DNA of 32,213 nucleotides from a virus (Duplodnaviria; Heunggongvirae; Uroviricota; Caudoviricetes): IMG/VR virus record IMGVR_UViG_2541047852_000002; one strand, 5' to 3'. Shown piece by piece: positions 29,972 to 32,213 of this stretch (position 1 is its first letter; each line of letters starts with the position of its first letter). The notes under the pieces were generated by a model. It saw only the letters and a program-made list of their open reading frames with translations, ran no database searches and was not told where the DNA came from. The position numbers and the translations under genes were made by a program.

Positions 29972-30736
29972 GTTCACAGATAAAACACTCTCCAGGAAAC
30001 CCGGGGCGGTTCATATCGCAGTCTTGGTGAGCGCGGTAGCGCGCCATATCAATAAGCAACTCTCCACCAACTTTACCCGCTCCCAGAGATTCACGGGTTT
30101 TCTTCACCTCTATCACAATTTTCTCTTTTTTCAAAAGAAAGTCCTGTCTTGAGGCCGCGCCCGCAAAGCTGGGGGTATACTCTTCCGCCCTAATATCATT
30201 AAAATGAAGCGTCAGCAGTGCATAAATCAAATCCTGTACGTCATACTCATCATTAACTTCAAGCGGCGCACGGCCGTTGTACCGCCTCTTTAACTGGCGA
30301 ACAAAGGTCGGAAACCTGTTAAGAATATTAAGTACGAGGCTCAGCGGCGAACCTTCTTGAGGAGTATTAGTACTGACAGCAGAGTGCGCAAGATCATCTC
30401 TCGCCGCATCAAACAACGGTTTATAACTTTTGATCAGTGTATTGTAATTAGAAGACCACCTGCTGTTTACAGTATTGAAGTCATTGTAATAATCAGACTC
30501 TTTTCCGTAGCTGTCCTCTATTAACTTTTTCACTCTGGCGATCCAGTTTTTATATTTACCAGAATCAACATAGGTTTCCATAGTGTGAGTGAGAACGTTC
30601 TGCGCAGTATATTTTGTGGAAATGAGCGCATCGTAATCTTTCTCAAGCGCCCTAAATCTTTCTTCCAGTTGTAGATTTGTCATAGTGCCTTCCAGGCTGT
30701 ATAGTCGGATAACAAGGTCTGTGCGTGGATTTGCCC

Positions 30737-31642
30737 CTATATTTCCAGACACCTGTTATCACTTAACCCATTACTGGCTTGCTGCCGTAGATATTCCCGT
30801 GGCGAGCGATAACCCAGTGCACTATGCGGATGCCATTCGTTATAATGCTCGAACGCCTCTGCAAGGTTCTTTGCTGCCGTTAACCCGTCTGGTTTGGGCA
30901 TGACACTGATGTAGTCACGCTTTATCGTTTTCACGAAGCTCTCTGCTATGCCGTTACTCTCCGGACTCCGCACCGCCGTGCTCTTCGGTTCAAGCCCCAA
31001 CATCCGGGCAAACTGCCGTGTTTCATTAGCCCGGTAGCATGAACCATTATCCGTCAGCCACTCTACTGGAGACGCCGGAAGCTCGTTGCCGAAGCGGCGT
31101 TCCACCGCTCCCAGCATGACGTCCTGTACTGTTTCACTGTTGAAGCCGCCCGTAGTGACCGCCCAGTGCAGTGCCTCACGGTCACAGCAGTCCAGCGCGA
31201 ACGTGACTCGCAGTTTTTCTCCGTTATCACAGCGGAACTCGAACCCGTCAGAGCACCATCGCTGATTACTTTCTTTCACAGCCACTCTGCCTGTATGTGC
31301 CCGTTTCGATGGCGGTACAGCAGGTTTTCGCTCAAGCAACAGCGCATTCTGGCGCATGATCCGGTAAACACGTTTGGCATTGATCGCAGGCATACCATCA
31401 AGTTCTGCCTGTCTGCGAAGCAGCGCCCATACCCGACGATAACCATACGTGGGCAGCTCTCCGATAACATGGTGTATACGGAGAAGCACATCCGTATCAT
31501 CAGTGTGACGACTGCGGCGGCCATCCATCCAGTCATCGGTTCGTCTGAGAATGACGTGCAACTGCGCACGCGACACCCGGAGACAACGGCTGACTAAGCT
31601 TACTCCCCATCCCCGGGCAATAAGGGCGCGTGCGCTATCCAC
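30737..31642 (-). CDS. insD: IS2 transposase InsD (OrfB)
   Basis: 301-aa ORF recognised as IS2 InsD. Confidence 0.93.
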
Positions 31643-31965
31643 TTTTTTGCCCGTCCATATTCAACGGCTTCTTTGAGGAGTTCATTTTCCATCGTTTTCT
31701 TGCCGAGCAGGCGCTGGAGTTCTTTAATCTGCTTCATGGCGGCAGCAAGTTCAGAGGCAGGAACAACCTGTTCTCCGGCGGCGACAGCAGTAAGACTTCC
31801 TTCCTGGTATTGCTTACGCCAGAGAAATAACTGGCTGGCTGCTACACCATGTTGCCGGGCAACGAGGGAGACCGTCATCCCTGGTTCAAAGCTCTGCTGA
31901 ACAATTGCGATCTTTTCCTGTGTGGTACGCCGTCTGCGTTTCTCCGGTCCTAAGACATCAATCAT
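31600..31965 (-). CDS. insC: IS2 transposase InsC (OrfA)
   Basis: [26 protein letters not shown]... recognised as IS2 InsC; track ORF extends upstream to 32010 but the start is ATG at 31965. Confidence 0.93.
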
Positions 31966-32213
31966 CTGCTCTCCAATGACTAGTCTAAAAACTAGTATTA
32001 AGACTATCACTTAAATAAGTGATATTGGTTGTCTGGAGATTCAGGGGGCCAGTCTAGTGCGTATGGAAATTCTACCATACTTAGCCTTCTTTTCTTCACA
32101 CTGGGCGTAACAGCCATTCTGTCCAGCCCCCCTAGCGTGATCTTACCTGCTGCGGCATTCGGTTGTCTTAGCTCCGGAATAATATTCGGAGATGCATAAC
32201 TGTCCAGTGCCAT

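Larger units (their letters stand above)
28704..30013 (+). mobile_element. IS629-like insertion sequence (IS3 family), copy 2, complete (1310 bp) with 3-bp target duplication TAT
   Basis: Imperfect terminal inverted repeats TGAACCGCCCCGGG(AA/TT)TCCTGGAGA at both ends; TAT at 28701-28703 and 30014-30016. Confidence 0.93.
28582..30683 (-). pseudogene. predicted PD-(D/E)xK-type nuclease gene (262 codons when reconstructed) interrupted by IS629; coding parts 30683-30014 and 28700-28582
   Basis: Removing the IS and one copy of the 3-bp duplication TAT restores a continuous frame ...AHQDCD-TLILFVYDPD...VIAQF*; motif ...RQDFLLKKEKIVIEVKK... resembles D-x10-ExK. Fold assignment is inference. Confidence 0.6.
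30726..32056 (-). mobile_element. IS2 (IS3 family), complete 1331 bp with 5-bp target duplication GTGCG
   Basis: Ends TGGATTTGCCCCTATATTTCCAGAC... and ...GGAGATTCAGGGGGCCAGTCTA; GTGCG at 30721-30725 and 32057-32061; encodes InsC/InsD. Confidence 0.95.
30680..32213 (-). pseudogene. small upstream ORF (65 codons reconstructed) of the nuclease operon, interrupted by IS2; coding parts 32213-32057 and 30720-30680
   Basis: Removing IS2 and one copy of GTGCG gives MALDSY...EFPYAQTLLSDYTAWKAL* whose stop overlaps the downstream ATG as ATGA. Confidence 0.5.

Noticed and set aside
29853-30752. 299-aa minus-strand ORF in the six-frame track
   Set aside because: Chimeric: its N-terminal 23 residues are read from the IS2 end and its C-terminal about 50 residues (MNRPGFPGECF...) from the IS629 inverted repeat. 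The real gene starts at ATG 30683 and continues on the far side of IS629.
32007-32213. 68-aa minus-strand ORF at the right edge
   Set aside because: Its C-terminal half ([26 protein letters not shown]) is translated from the IS2 terminal repeat; only residues encoded by 32213-32057 belong to the interrupted host gene.

Overview
This window is mostly the late region of a lambdoid prophage with an HK97-type head and a Mu-type contractile tail (SfV/e14-like), followed by an IS-riddled accessory island. All calls rest on reading the ORF translations and the sequence by eye; no searches were run. Layout: (1) 1-1268, an IS629-like IS3-family element on the minus strand, cut by the window edge, abutting a 5'-truncated Q-like antiterminator gene. 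(2) 1600-4440, a pR'/tR'-like late control region, an AT-rich acidic moron ORF, a lambda-like lysis cassette (holin, R endolysin, Rz/Rz1 spanins) and two further AT-rich moron ORFs. (3) 4441-23113, HNH endonuclease, small and large terminase, portal, prohead protease, major capsid, connector proteins, sheath, tube, frameshifted chaperone, tape measure, DNA-circularisation protein with an in-frame amber codon, baseplate proteins and tail fibre. (4) 22045-24180, a Gin/Pin-type invertible tail-fibre segment whose invertase gene is cut off after 42 codons. (5) 24276-26168, a GmrSD-like (DUF262/DUF1524) type IV restriction gene, then a degraded dinI-like pseudogene. (6) 27010-27055, a tRNA-Pro 3' fragment with terminator, marking an integration junction. 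(7) 27184-28494, an uncharacterised GIY-YIG nuclease-domain gene plus a small partner ORF. (8) 28582-32213, a translationally coupled two-gene minus-strand operon (65-aa protein plus 262-aa predicted PD-(D/E)xK nuclease) split by a second IS629 copy (3-bp duplication TAT) and by IS2 (5-bp duplication GTGCG). The best candidates for an undescribed system are the GIY-YIG module and the IS-disrupted operon, together with the phage morons. The IS content and lambda-like lysis genes suggest an Escherichia/Shigella host.
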